Below, in pieces: positions 1 through 11,631 of a stretch of DNA of 64,000 nucleotides. The translations under genes were made by a program, and so were the position numbers. This DNA is from Blepharisma stoltei ATCC 30299. Taxonomy: Eukaryota; Protista; Ciliophora. Every line of letters starts with the position of its first letter. Within the stretch, counting starts at the first letter, position 1. Below the pieces are notes generated by a model. It was given only the letters and a program-made list of their open reading frames with translations, was not told the origin of the DNA and made no database searches. Where the stretch lies: the NCBI GenBank assembly GCA_965603825.1, contig CBFDEM010000004.1, positions 868,001 through 932,000 of the forward strand, in the 5' to 3' direction.

Positions 1-3000
1 GTTTTTGGTTGACAAAATTGCAGAAATCCCTCCTAATAAGCTTTTTAAAGAAGAAGTCGACCTTTTGCATGAGCTAACTAAATATCCATTAAGAGCTGGA
101 AATGCAACTAATAGAGCTTGCGAGCTCTTATGGAGCATCTCACTAGATGAAGAAAAATACCTAGACCCCGTCAAAGATTTAGCACTTGAAAACTTTTGCA
201 GCCTCATGAAAAGCTGGGATTTAAGGAAAAACCGTATCCCAGTCATGATCCAATGTGTTGAAAAAATCAGAGAAAACAAAGCCGTTATCCAGTCTATCCA
301 AATCATCAAGAAACTTTTAGCTAATTTCTTTGTATACTCAACACCAACAGAACCTACATCAAGAGGAACAATAGTAGACATGCTGATTAAAGAGCACGAA
401 ATCTTGGTCGCATTTTTTGACAATCTTTATTATTTTAAAGAAAAAGCCGCACAGTGGGGAAAAGGAGAAGATATTAAAAATGCAGTTATTTGTGATAGAA
501 CTACTTATAAAGACCAAATAGAGCAAAGATTGAGCTTTTTGCATACACTGCTAACGAGCTCTATATCAATAACTTTGTCGCAAAAACAGATGGACACTCT
601 TTGGGACTTGCTTCTTCAAAACTCTTATTGCAGCGCTGAACGAGAATGCTTTTTGAAATGGCTAGGAGATGTTACTGAGAGCCAAAGCCAAGGCAAAAAA
701 ATTTTTGATGACTCTGATGTCCATTCTTTCTTCTTAGAAAAGGTCGCAAACCTGAAAAACAGTTACTTTGACATGTCCCCTGAAGGGTTTACAGTATTTA
801 AGTCATACTTTTTATTAATCAACGCTTCGTTAAGTAATATGAAGCAAAACCCTAAGACTTCTTATTCATCAAATACCACCACAACTTCTACTTATATAAG
901 CCCATCATATCAAAATGAGTATGCATCTAAAGAATTCGACTATCAAGTAATCACAGCACCATTGTCTTTGGTTGGTATGGAATGTCTGAGAAAAATCATT
1001 ATGGAGGTAAAGAACGAAAAAGTCCTATCACAAGCCTCAGATTTCTTGAATGATTTGTATGATAATCTGAATACATCAGAAAATCTGATAGAAATTAGAG
1101 AAGAGTTTATAGGATTTTGCTTAGGATACCTTAAAAAAGGAATTGTGACTGAAAAGAAAAGAGCACTGTCACTTATGAAAAGCTTTATGGAAGAATGCGA
1201 AAAGAAAGGAACCGCAGGGCTGAAGTCTCATTCTGCATTATTAAAAGGAGACATCCATAATTTAGTCATATTGAACCAGGTTTCCTACTACCCTCAAAGT
1301 GCTGACATTCCTAGAAGAATTGAGCTAAAGGTATATAGCAATACAACTTTTTGGGAACTCCGCTGCATAATTGGGAAAAAAATCAAATGCATGAGCGATC
1401 AGTTTAAGATATATAGAAGCTTGCTGCAAAAAGAAATAAAAGATAGCGACAATGGAAAAACATTGAGTGATTTGAGGATCAGGGTTAATGAAACTTTTTC
1501 TGTTTATAGAAGAATTACGAATATCCCTAAAGCAGCTTTAACTACGTCTGACAACCAGCTTTCAGAAAAAGCTCGAAAAATATTCAGTCAGTGGTTCCAC
1601 AAATACGCAGACAAGGGTGACAAAATGAGTCCTGAAGGCTGTTCTGCATTTACAAACTCTTGCACTGGCGACCCTTGTAAAGCAACAGACAAGCGTATCC
1701 AAGAATTCTTTACAAGTCACGATGACGACCGAGATGGCTTACTCACAGAGGATAACTTTTTAGAGTTTTATAGACAAGCCTGCATCCAGCGTCCTAACGT
1801 AGTCTGGACTAATTTAGCATCTCACCATTATAGAAACGACTTAAAGTGCTACGATGACGAAGAAGAAGATTTCGTAGACCCAAAAGCACTACCAGGTTTT
1901 ATTTTGACACAAAAACAAGAGAACTTTGACTTGATTTTTTCAGCGCTTAACGAAGAAGACTTGGCAAATGATGCTTGGGATTTAATTATAAAACTCCCCA
2001 CAAACCCTCAAATTTTTGAAAAAATAAAAAATCTCGAAGGATACGAAAACTGGGAAAGCCTGCTTGACTCTACCTCTAACCACAAGCTGCTCTACGCTCT
2101 ACAAATAATTGAATCCTTCATGGAAGACCCTCCAGAAGACGACTTAGCAGCCTTTGAAGAGCGCTGCCAATGGAAAGTAAAATTCTTACAAAAAGGCGGA
2201 TTTGGGCATCTCTATTCAATTCTCCTCAAATACCAAGCTAATCTTGACATTTTCCAAAAATCCTGCATAGGTTTTGTATTAAAACTTATATGTGTCTTCA
2301 TTATCGCTGCCTTTTCAGCTGTAAAACCTGACATTTATGAGGTCGTTAAACTTGTCAGAAAACAAAGTGGCGGACTTGAATTAGAAGAAAAACAGCCTGC
2401 AGAACCTGAAGAAAAGAAATCTGACAAAAAGGTAAACTTCGGAGAAGAAGGCACCCAAACTGACGAATTAAGCGGATATGCCAGTTTATTGCAAGAAAGC
2501 TTGCCAGCTGAGCCACAAAAAGTGGTAGAAGAAGACTCGTCAATGATGAAATACCAAGAAACCCGAGGCTTTAAAGACCTAGTCAATGAAGTTATGATGA
2601 ATGACCTTGGAGACAGCTTGATTAATAGCGTCGATTTGTCTCTTTTGATGGCAAAACTTATAGGATTAATGGTAAACACCCTTAAAAATGAAGACTATGA
2701 ACCTGAAGATAAACATATCATTGATTCTGCATTAGAATTATGGGTCAGCTGCCTTATGCACAAAAACGAGCTGATACAGTCAGTATATGACTACCAAGGA
2801 GAAATGGATGTGTCTGAGTTTACAATAAGAGGATTGACCTTTGCCAAGATGGCGCTGGTGAGAAAAGCTTTTTGCCAGAGCTTTAAGAGTATCTGTCTTA
2901 AAGTGTCTTACCCAGAAAAGATGCCGACACCTTTCTTCTTAGACATTTTGATTAATAGAATGCCTACAGGTATTGTAGATCCAAAAGAAGCTGATCACAC

Positions 3001-6000
3001 CCAGTTTTTCGAGCTTCTCTGTGAACTTGTAGAACTTGACGTCGCGCAGCCTTCTATTGACTATGAGCAGCTTGCAGTCCACCTGATGAACACTATTAAG
3101 CAGCATCCTTATATAGAAAAACGCAACACCTTTGTATCTGATAAAGTCTTGGTCGGGTATTTAAGCCTTGCAGAGCGTGTTTTTAAGTTTGTCCCTGAGC
3201 TGAAAAATATGGCTTATGAGAAGAACTTTACCAGAGACTGCTTCTTTGAGCTGCTTTTCCCACCTGAGCAAATTTTTGATAACCTTAAATATGACCCTGA
3301 ATATGTCCAAGAAACAGGCCACTTCCAGCCACCCAAAGCAAAAGCAAGGGACACCCGAAATGCAGCTTATAAGCTAATCAATGCCCTTGTACATGACCAT
3401 TCAGAAAACCTTATGTCTATTATAGAAGTCCTGGAATCTCTCAGAACTCAAATAACTCCTGTCAAATCCTGGTCATACTCCCCAGCTTCAGACGTAAGAT
3501 CAAGCCATGGTTATGCAGGAATCGTCAACCTCGGCTGTATCTGCTATATGATTTCTATGCTGCAGCAGTTTTATATGATCCCACAGTTCAGGTACTCTAT
3601 TTTAGACGTAGACGACAAAAAGGAGCCTACAAATCTAGCTTACTTAAAAGGAGATCCTAATGTAGATAAGTCTAAGCCTGGCTATGATTTAGACGATAAT
3701 ATGCTACATCAGCTGCAATCAATGTTTTCTTTCCTAGACCTAACTGATAGAAATGCATATAACCCACACCCATGGTGCCAAGCTTTTAAAGACTCCTCAG
3801 GCCAGCCAGTCAATATCTCAATCCAACAGGATGCTCAAGAATTTCTTAACAGAATTTTCGAAAAATTGGAAAGTGCTTTGAAAAACACAACAAGTAAATA
3901 TTTGACACAAGGGATTTTCGGAGGGAAAAACTCAGTCCAGCTTATATGTAAAGAATGCGGAAAAGTCAAAGAAAGCCTTGAAGACTATTATAATCTTTCT
4001 GTTGACGTAAAACACTCTAAAACCCTATTTGAATCATTAAATAAATACATCCAAGGAGAAACTATTAGTGATTACTCTTGCGAAACATGTGATAAAAAAG
4101 TCGATATTACTAAGCGAGCTCTTTTAGCTGATCTTCCTAATATTTTAATAGTCCATTTGCAGAGGATTGTGTTTAATTTTGATACTTTTGAAAATGAAAA
4201 AATTAATTCTAGACTGGAATTTCCGACGGAGCTGAATCTGTTCCCGTATTCAAAAGAAGGGGTTAAAGTCCAAGAGGAAAAAGAAAAGGTGGAAAAAGAA
4301 GAAAAAGAAAAAGAGGCAGCAAAAGAGCAAGAAACAACTGAGCAGCCGGCTTCAGAAATTGACCAAGAAGACTATAAGTATAATCTTGTAGGCATTGTGC
4401 TGCATCTCGGAACAGCCCAGATGGGCCACTATTACTCATTTATTCGGCACAGACTGCCAAATGGAGAAGCCGACCCTCAGAAATGGTATGAATTTAACGA
4501 TTCTACCGTCAGAGTTTTTAAGTAATTTTTATTTAGTCCTGACAATATTGAAAGCGAATGCTTTGGAGGAGCTCAAGATTTTGGAGGAGATGATTTTTCT
4601 GCGACTTGGCTGAAAAGCTTCAAGGAAAACTCAAAAAATGCTTATATGTTGGTATATGAAAAGAAGAGAAAGCATCCCTTAAAAATATTGAAAGCTCCCG
4701 TCCTAGAAGGTGATAGTACCACTTCCCCTAGGAGTGAGGAGGAGTTTGAATTGCGGAACTTTAACGACTTGAGACGTACTATGCCTTCATCCATATATCA
4801 AAGTGTACTGAAGGATAATGAAAAGTATATGTTTGAACGAAACTTATACAGCGCTGAATTCTTCAACTTTTTTGTAGAAATTATTAAAAGTGCTGAAGCA
4901 AGCTTCACTGATTTGAGCGCCATTGGAGCTGATTTCGCGCTAGAAGTAATGTCTCATGCATACCACAACCGAGCACTTCCTGACCTAGTAAAAGTCATTA
5001 AAGACCTGTTCAGCGAATTTCCTGAAAGCTGCGAAAAATGGATGCTGAAGAAAATGTCTTTGACTAAAAGACTTATTACAGACAACAGTATGTACTCAGT
5101 CACGCAATTACTCCTAACCTGTGTTGAAAAAACAACCCGATCTGCCCTTGCAGACTTATTTTCATTTAGTTTGAACTTATTAGCGAAACGAGACTTTTCT
5201 GATAACTCTATAGCAAAAATCTTTATTGACGGCCTATTGAATTTGATCCCACAAGACATCTCAAAGCACTGGACAAGATTCCAGCAATTCTGGGAGGTCA
5301 TAAAAGATTTTGCTGCAGAAAGCCCTGAGCATGCTTTATATTTGATTCACAAAGGAGTTATTGGAACTTTCTTAGATTTCTATTTAGGTAATAAATCCCC
5401 TCTACTAAAGCCAGGAGAAAATAGGCAGGCTCTTGGAAATAAGCTATGGACCCCTAATTTTGACCCACTGATACAAATTATTGCGATCCTTGATAAGTAC
5501 TGTGCGACAAATGTGGTTGATGGACAATATAAGCTGACATATGAAGAAAAATCGTGCTTGCTTGATAAGGAGACTTATGATAAAACACTGAGAAATGGGT
5601 ATGATGGAAAAGCGCTTTCAGAAATTGTGTCTCATTGGAGCTATGAAGATAAAGAGTACTCACAGATGATCGCACAGATTATCCTTAAAGGGCTTAATGA
5701 AATAGAATATGAAGAAGTTAAAGGATTTTACGAAGTCCTAGAAGAATTTCTGACCATAAAAGACAGCTTAACCAGTAATTATCTATTTAGAACACCGTAT
5801 TGAGTGGATCATGGGCTTCCCCACCTTAGTGAAAATCAACCGAGCTGACTTAATGTATCCTTTCTTCGGGAGCTCCATAATTACTGCAATTGACGACGAA
5901 GTCGTCACCTATTCCACCACCCTTTGCTTTGGCTATACAATTTATGACGCTGCTGAAAGTGTTTTATCCTTAATTTGGAAGCACAGACGAAGATGGGACC

Positions 6001-7280
6001 ATTACTGCATCATGAGTATCAAGCATCTCCTTGGAATCTGCCTTAAAAACTCTGAGCTTGCTAACTATATCAATAACCTTCCTCCTGCAACTTATCAATA
6101 TAAACATTATATTGACTGAATTGAAGAATATATCGCCAATTATAAAAATTATTCCTCGTCCTATGTCTCTTATGGATCCAGCTCTTATTCCACTAAAAAA
6201 GAAGACCACAGTATTGACGCTTCTAAGTATTTACAAGAATTTAAAGAAAAATACCCATCTGAGAACAAAGAAATGTTTATACTAGGCAGGACGACTAAAA
6301 AAGAAATCGCCAGTCAAAGTGAGCATGAAGATGTACTGTTAACAGTCACAGAATATACAACACAATGGGGCAGAAGTGAGCCGGATGGCAAAAGAAACCT
6401 GGCGCTGCCTACAAAACCATTGAGAAGTGAGCTGAACATAAAAGCATCTTATTCAAGCTCAAGACCTGCAGGAATTAATGTAGATTCTCAAGGATACAGC
6501 TACACCAATACTAATGCCTCGTCTTATGGGTCTTATCCTTATTCAAACTTTAATTATCCTTCTACAGATGAAAAAGTTCCATACGGCCCAGCACCTCCTG
6601 GGAAGACTTCAGGCTCCCAATCCAATGCATACCTACAGCAAAAGCACGCTGACGAAGAATGTGAAGAAGAAACCACTGATGAAGCAGTCCCTATTTTCCC
6701 AAGCCCAGGTGGAAGCTTTAACACCCCAGCTGAAGAGTACCCCAAAGTCCAAATTACAACCCAAGAAGAGCCTAAAGAAGAGCATAAAGAGGAAGAAGAA
6801 GACCACGACAAGCTTTTCTTTGAAGACCAAACCATCATGAGATTTGAAGTTTACAATAGATCAAGCGACCCTGTCAGGGTAAACTTGCAGATTCACTCAC
6901 CTGATGAAAACCCTAATTACTTGTACCCGTCAACTCCTATTTTAATTGAGCTTTCCGCACATACGTTTAAAGACTTGATTATTTTGACCAAGAAAAATCC
7001 AAGCTTGCCATGGGGAGACTTGAAGTATGATTTTAGCACGTCTGAGCCGAAACCGTTTGCGCTGAAATCAGAGCCAAGTGAAGATTATTATAAAGAAGGC
7101 AGAGATGTTGCATATTATCTGGGTGATGATGTGGCGGTTAATATTAGTGATGTGGGGTCAGAAAATGAAGATACGAAAGCGCCGACTGGGAAGATTGCGT
7201 GTCCGATGTGCACTTTTCATAATGACAGTGGAGCCTTGAAGTGTGAGATCTGTGGAAGCATCTTTAGAAGTAAGGGATAA
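1..7280 (+). CDS. Large ubiquitin carboxyl-terminal hydrolase (USP9X/24/34-like, peptidase C19), 5'-truncated by window edge; introns 4522-4536 and 5775-5790; TGA=Trp at 6117-6119
   Basis: Cys box GIVNLGCICYM, QQDAQEF, His box LHLGTAQMGHYYSFI and WYEFNDSTV. Removing the two tiny introns and reading TGA as Trp joins ORFs 5..4525, 4646..5803, 5811..6119 and 6273..7280 (junctions RVFN-PDNIESECFGG, DSLTK-HRIEWIMG, YIDWIEEY). C-terminal RanBP2-type finger CPMCTFHN..CEICGS; stop TAA. Confidence 0.92.
4522..4536 (+). other. 15-nt spliceosomal intron GTAATTTTTATTTAG
   Basis: Contains the TAA that ends ORF 5..4525; removal restores the USP-typical continuation ECFGG...NAYMLVYEK. Confidence 0.93.
5775..5790 (+). 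other. 16-nt spliceosomal intron GTAATTATCTATTTAG
   Basis: Removal corrects the frame change between ORFs 4646..5803 and 5811..6119. Confidence 0.9.
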
Positions 7281-7556
7281 AATTAATCTCTTTAGATATT
7301 AAATTTTTCAAATATTTTATTTTCATATAAATCTCCCATACCCAATAAATTCTAGCTAAAAATACTTATAAAATTTCAAAAAAATTAGAAAGCAAAATCT
7401 GGCTCACTTGAATAACCCCCAGCCTTAATTTCTAATATCTCCTAAAGATAGCTTAAATTCCCATCAATCTCCAATAAAATCCTCAAAGATTCTTTCTTAT
7501 GAATATCCATTTATAAATTCTTTTATTTCTAAACTTTCATATATATTTAAATTAAA

Positions 7557-8501
7557 ATGGCAACATTAGAAAACTCAAATCACAGATCAACCCGAAAGAC
7601 CAAGGGAAAAGAATACAATTGGACCATCGACGAGTCATCAGGAATGGGAATCAAGACAGGACCTTGGACTGAAGAAGAAGATGCAATGGTAATCAAACTT
7701 GTAAGCAAAAATGGTCCTCAAAAGTGGAGTTATATCGCAAGACATCTACCTGGACGTATAGGAAAACAATGCAGAGAGCGCTGGCATAACCATTTAAACC
7801 CACACATACGGAATGACACTTGGACAGTCAGTGAGGAGTGGCTTTTGTTTTTATATCACAAAACTCTAGGGAATAGATGGGCAGAAATTTCAAAGATCCT
7901 TAGAGGTAGAACTGACAATTCAATAAAAAATCATTGGAATTCTTCAATGAAAAAAATAATCCCTGAGTTCGCTTGCAAATATGATGTGCTTATTCGATAT
8001 CATGGCCACGATGATGAGTCCCATGTATGTGTCGAGCATTCTTTTGAAGATTTAAGCAGAAGGAAACGAGGCAGGAGATCTACTAATGAAGCCACAGAGC
8101 AGTGCGAAATTTACTGTATGCAAGCCCATAGACAGATTTTAGCTGAAGCTTTAGAAGCTTATCAGCGAGAAAGCTACTCCTCTGATGACAGCAAAGAAAA
8201 CACCCCTTCGACTCCTTTGATGCACAAAAAGAGAATTTCAGCTGACTCAACCCCAGTTTATAAAGTGTATGGGCCTTCAAATGAAAATGAAGACGTAGCT
8301 TTTCAGTTCACACCTATAGTGAGTCCTCCAGCCAAGACTAATTTAACTGCTTTTTATACTTCGAGCTTCCTTACGGATACTACAGCTAGCACAAATACGA
8401 ACTCGTACAGCTTGAGAACACCTGACCAGAGCAAGTCACCATGCTCAGTACTTTTTGAAAGTCCAAGCTTTATGCTCAATTTTGATGCAAGTCCACAATA
8501 A
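7557..8501 (+). CDS. R2R3-type Myb transcription factor
   Basis: [10 protein letters not shown]...[27 protein letters not shown] and [26 protein letters not shown] Myb repeats; TAA stop. Confidence 0.95.
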   Translation: MATLENSNHRSTRKTKGKEYNWTIDESSGMGIKTGPWTEEEDAMVIKLVSKNGPQKWSYIARHLPGRIGKQCRERWHNHLNPHIRNDTWTVSEEWLLFLYHKTLGNRWAEISKILRGRTDNSIKNHWNSSMKKIIPEFACKYDVLIRYHGHDDESHVCVEHSFEDLSRRKRGRRSTNEATEQCEIYCMQAHRQILAEALEAYQRESYSSDDSKENTPSTPLMHKKRISADSTPVYKVYGPSNENEDVAFQFTPIVSPPAKTNLTAFYTSSFLTDTTASTNTNSYSLRTPDQSKSPCSVLFESPSFMLNFDASPQ

Positions 8502-8579
8502 TCGAAATTCAATATTTAATAAATTTAGTTTTAACAGCCAGCTATATATGAATTATTTATATCAATATATTTATCCAAA

Positions 8580-10088
8580 TTAAGTCAGCTTGTTATCAGC
8601 TTCTTCTTTGCCGCCTTTAATGAGCTGCTCAATATTCGCCTGCGTCATCAATCTTTCAATTGTATTCTGTGCATTTAAAATCTTATCAAGATTTTCAGTC
8701 ATCATCTGCTGATTCCCAATCAACTCTTGTAGTCTTTCGCCTATATAATCAATATCAATAATTTCTTTCCTAATATCATCAATATCAGAAATTAATTTCT
8801 GTTCTAGCTGAACCAGCATTTCTGGAGGCGGCAAATATCTTGTATTTGCAACACTTGTATCTCTTTTAAAATAATGTATATGTCTCCTCAAAAGTGCTCC
8901 ATAAATAAATACCCTTCTTAAATAATTTGCGCCTCTTTTTCTCATAAGTGCTTCTTTTAGCTTAAAAGTGGCTTTTATTACATTAGATGCCTTGTGCCTT
9001 ACATCGCTGTTAGCTTTGACTTTTTTTATCATATAATAAGCTTTGGTTTCCTCTTTGCTGAACATTGTAGCAACTGTTAAGGTAACCACATATAAAGAAA
9101 CCATGACTAGCCCAGCTATTGCTGTAAATAACATTAAGGCTCTTCCAAAGTGAGTGGAGGGGTAACCGTCTCCGTAGCCGACTGTCGTCATTGTGACAAC
9201 AGTCATCCACCAGCCATTTGTGAGGTAGTCAAAATTCAGCCTTGACTTTGTGGTCGAGACAAATGGGCGCTCTAAATCTCTTACAGCATAGCCTATACAA
9301 ATGACGAGAGTTCCAATTGCGGCGGACAGGATGATGTGGGGCTGGTATTTTAAGTCAGCTTTTAGGGCAAAAAACACGTTTGTGTTGACTCCGAGCTTTT
9401 TTCCTTCTTTAAAAGACTCATTGCTTAGTCATATAGAAAAATGTGTATAAACCCTTAAAATAAGAAAAACACGCAAAATCGTTAAAACTGCAATAATCAC
9501 GTCATATGAGTACACGTATTTTCCATTAAGCATAGTCCCTGAAAACGTAGAGTCAAAATAAGGCGGACAAAAAATTCCCATAATGACCATTTCAGGGACC
9601 ATTGCTTGTAAAAGGTTAGAAGTCTTCAATGTACTTTGTGGAGGAACTTGCTTTCGGATTTTCATTTTGTCAAGCTCATAAAGGTAGTGTTGATATATTA
9701 AGCATACTAAATAAATCTTACGAATCACCAATGTAATGCCGATGTTAGTGACTCTCATTGAAGTCACATAATCGTTGCTTTCATTATGGCTTTTTGTTAT
9801 TGCACATTCCCCAGCTGAACATTTAGTATCCTGCTTATAAAACTCTTCACTCTAAATAGAAGCTACTTCATAATAGACGATCATAATTGACGAAAATGCA
9901 AGGGCTGCATTAATCAAATCAATTTTAAGCTGCTTTTTACACACGAATTCCAGTGAGTTCCCAAGAGTTCCTTTCGGGACAACTTTTCTGAGGTCTGTTT
10001 TTAGCGTATTCTTATGGCTGATTATTTTTTTGGGTTCTTCAACCCTTGATAAATCAAAAGTTGTGTCATCTCTGACAGAATCACTCAT
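8580..10088 (-). CDS. Small-conductance Ca2+-activated (SK/KCNN-like) potassium channel; introns 9852-9866 and probably 9707-9721; TGA=Trp at 9429-9431
   Basis: TMTTVGYGD selectivity filter, SK-like LFALK...P and VRDLERP segments, C-terminal coiled coil. Three minus-strand ORFs join in one frame after intron removal and TGA=Trp. Confidence 0.88.
9707..9721 (-). other. 15-nt stop-less in-frame intron GTAAGATTTATTTAG
   Basis: Perfect match to the local intron consensus; removal turns GITLVIRKIYLVCLIY into the uninterrupted hydrophobic helix GITLVILCLIY. Confidence 0.78.
9852..9866 (-). other. 15-nt intron GTAGCTTCTATTTAG
   Basis: Its terminal TAG is the apparent stop of ORF 9852..10088; removal gives YYE-SEEFYKQD in frame with the next ORF. 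Confidence 0.88.
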
Positions 10089-10179
10089 ATTGGCTATTTA
10101 ATTTTCAATGATTTAAAAAAAGTAGGCAAGAGTTTCACATAAATCACTATGAAAAAATTTAAATATTCCAAGAATAATT

Positions 10180-10716
10180 ATGGGCTGTGGAGGAAGTAAA
10201 AAAGATACAAATGTTGTCCCACCTAAAATAGGTGAAAAAGAAACGATTGCAAGTGGAGCTTATGATCCAGGCTCAAATAAAATTAAAAACGACGAAATCC
10301 CTGATGAAGAAGCAGTTGTATTAAATGACGCAAAAGTGCTGAAAAAGAAACCAACTGACTATAGAGAGAACCTAGAAGAGCCAAAAGCACCAATTGTCGT
10401 CCCAGTTAAAAAAGAACCCCCACTTCCTCCTAAGAGTGGGGCTGAAGAACCAAAAGCAAAACCTCTGTTTCAGGAACAAAAAAGTGAAAATGTCCCTGTA
10501 AATAAAGCGATGACATTTCAGCAACCTCCACGGCCACCTTCAAAACTGCCACCTATTAATGAAAAACCAAATTTTCCGAACTTGAAACCTGAGTTTGATT
10601 TCGATTTTCTAGAAGAAAACGATAAGTCAGGAAGAGGAGGAACTGAGGCACAGAAGAAAAATGCAGAAAAAATTGTTATCGTTGACCAGCTGCTGGAGGA
10701 ATTTAACGATATCTAA
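10180..10716 (+). CDS. Hypothetical Pro/Lys/Glu-rich protein with N-terminal dual acylation motif (MGCGGS)
   Basis: 178-aa ATG..TAA ORF; Gly2/Cys3/Ser6 myristoylation-palmitoylation pattern. Confidence 0.8.
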   Translation: MGCGGSKKDTNVVPPKIGEKETIASGAYDPGSNKIKNDEIPDEEAVVLNDAKVLKKKPTDYRENLEEPKAPIVVPVKKEPPLPPKSGAEEPKAKPLFQEQKSENVPVNKAMTFQQPPRPPSKLPPINEKPNFPNLKPEFDFDFLEENDKSGRGGTEAQKKNAEKIVIVDQLLEEFNDI

Positions 10717-11631
10717 AATTTATACAATAGAAATTGAGTTGATAAGAAAAGTTGTTAAAGTTTAAGAGAAAAATACCTTTTAAATGGAAAGTGGTTAAGT
10801 GTATGGCTGTTTCTTTTGTTTTTAAATGGATTGATTAAATTCATTTTATTTTCTTATTAAATTTAGGATTAGAGATTTTTTGATAGAAAATTTTAATTTT
10901 GTAACGCTGCAGGAAAAAACGCAAAAGCCAAGATCTTAATATTCTTAACCAATTCAAATAATAATTACGAAGACTGGAAGCTATTATAGAGAGTGTTTTT
11001 AAAATTGGAAATTTAATAGGGAATTTAATTTAATTCCCATTTATAATTGTTTAGCTAATAATATGGACATCCAAAAGCTAATAATATAGTCAAAGCTTTT
11101 TTGGGAAATAAATCATAAAATTTATATCATGCTGGCCAGCTTATCAATTTAAACCCCTTCAATTTTGCTTCCTTTTTCCATTTAAAGCTTAAAATCTCTT
11201 CACTATCTTTAACTGTCTGTCGTCTTTGCATAGCCCTAACTATAGCAAAATCTGTATAATTTATCTTAAACCACTTAAAAAGATTGATACTTTTTAAAAT
11301 TTTCAATTAAAAAACCCTAAACAATTTATTTACCTAACCAAAATCTTCAAATCCATAAATCCTTTCAAAAAACGCTTTCTTCCTGCCTTTCTGATACAAA
11401 GCCTTTTATCTCTTCCGTATTCTGATTAAAAAACGTGAGCATATTTCCACATTTGCCAAAAGAGTTAAAGAAATTTTAATGCCATTAAAAAGTTCACCAG
11501 ACTTTGGGAAGCTCTCTAGGACTTAAATAATTTATAGGAAGCTCAAAAAGCTTATCAATCCCTAATAGTATGATATTTATATGAAAATTTTTAACATAAC
11601 TTATTGTGAGTTTTACCAGCATTGGTGATAA

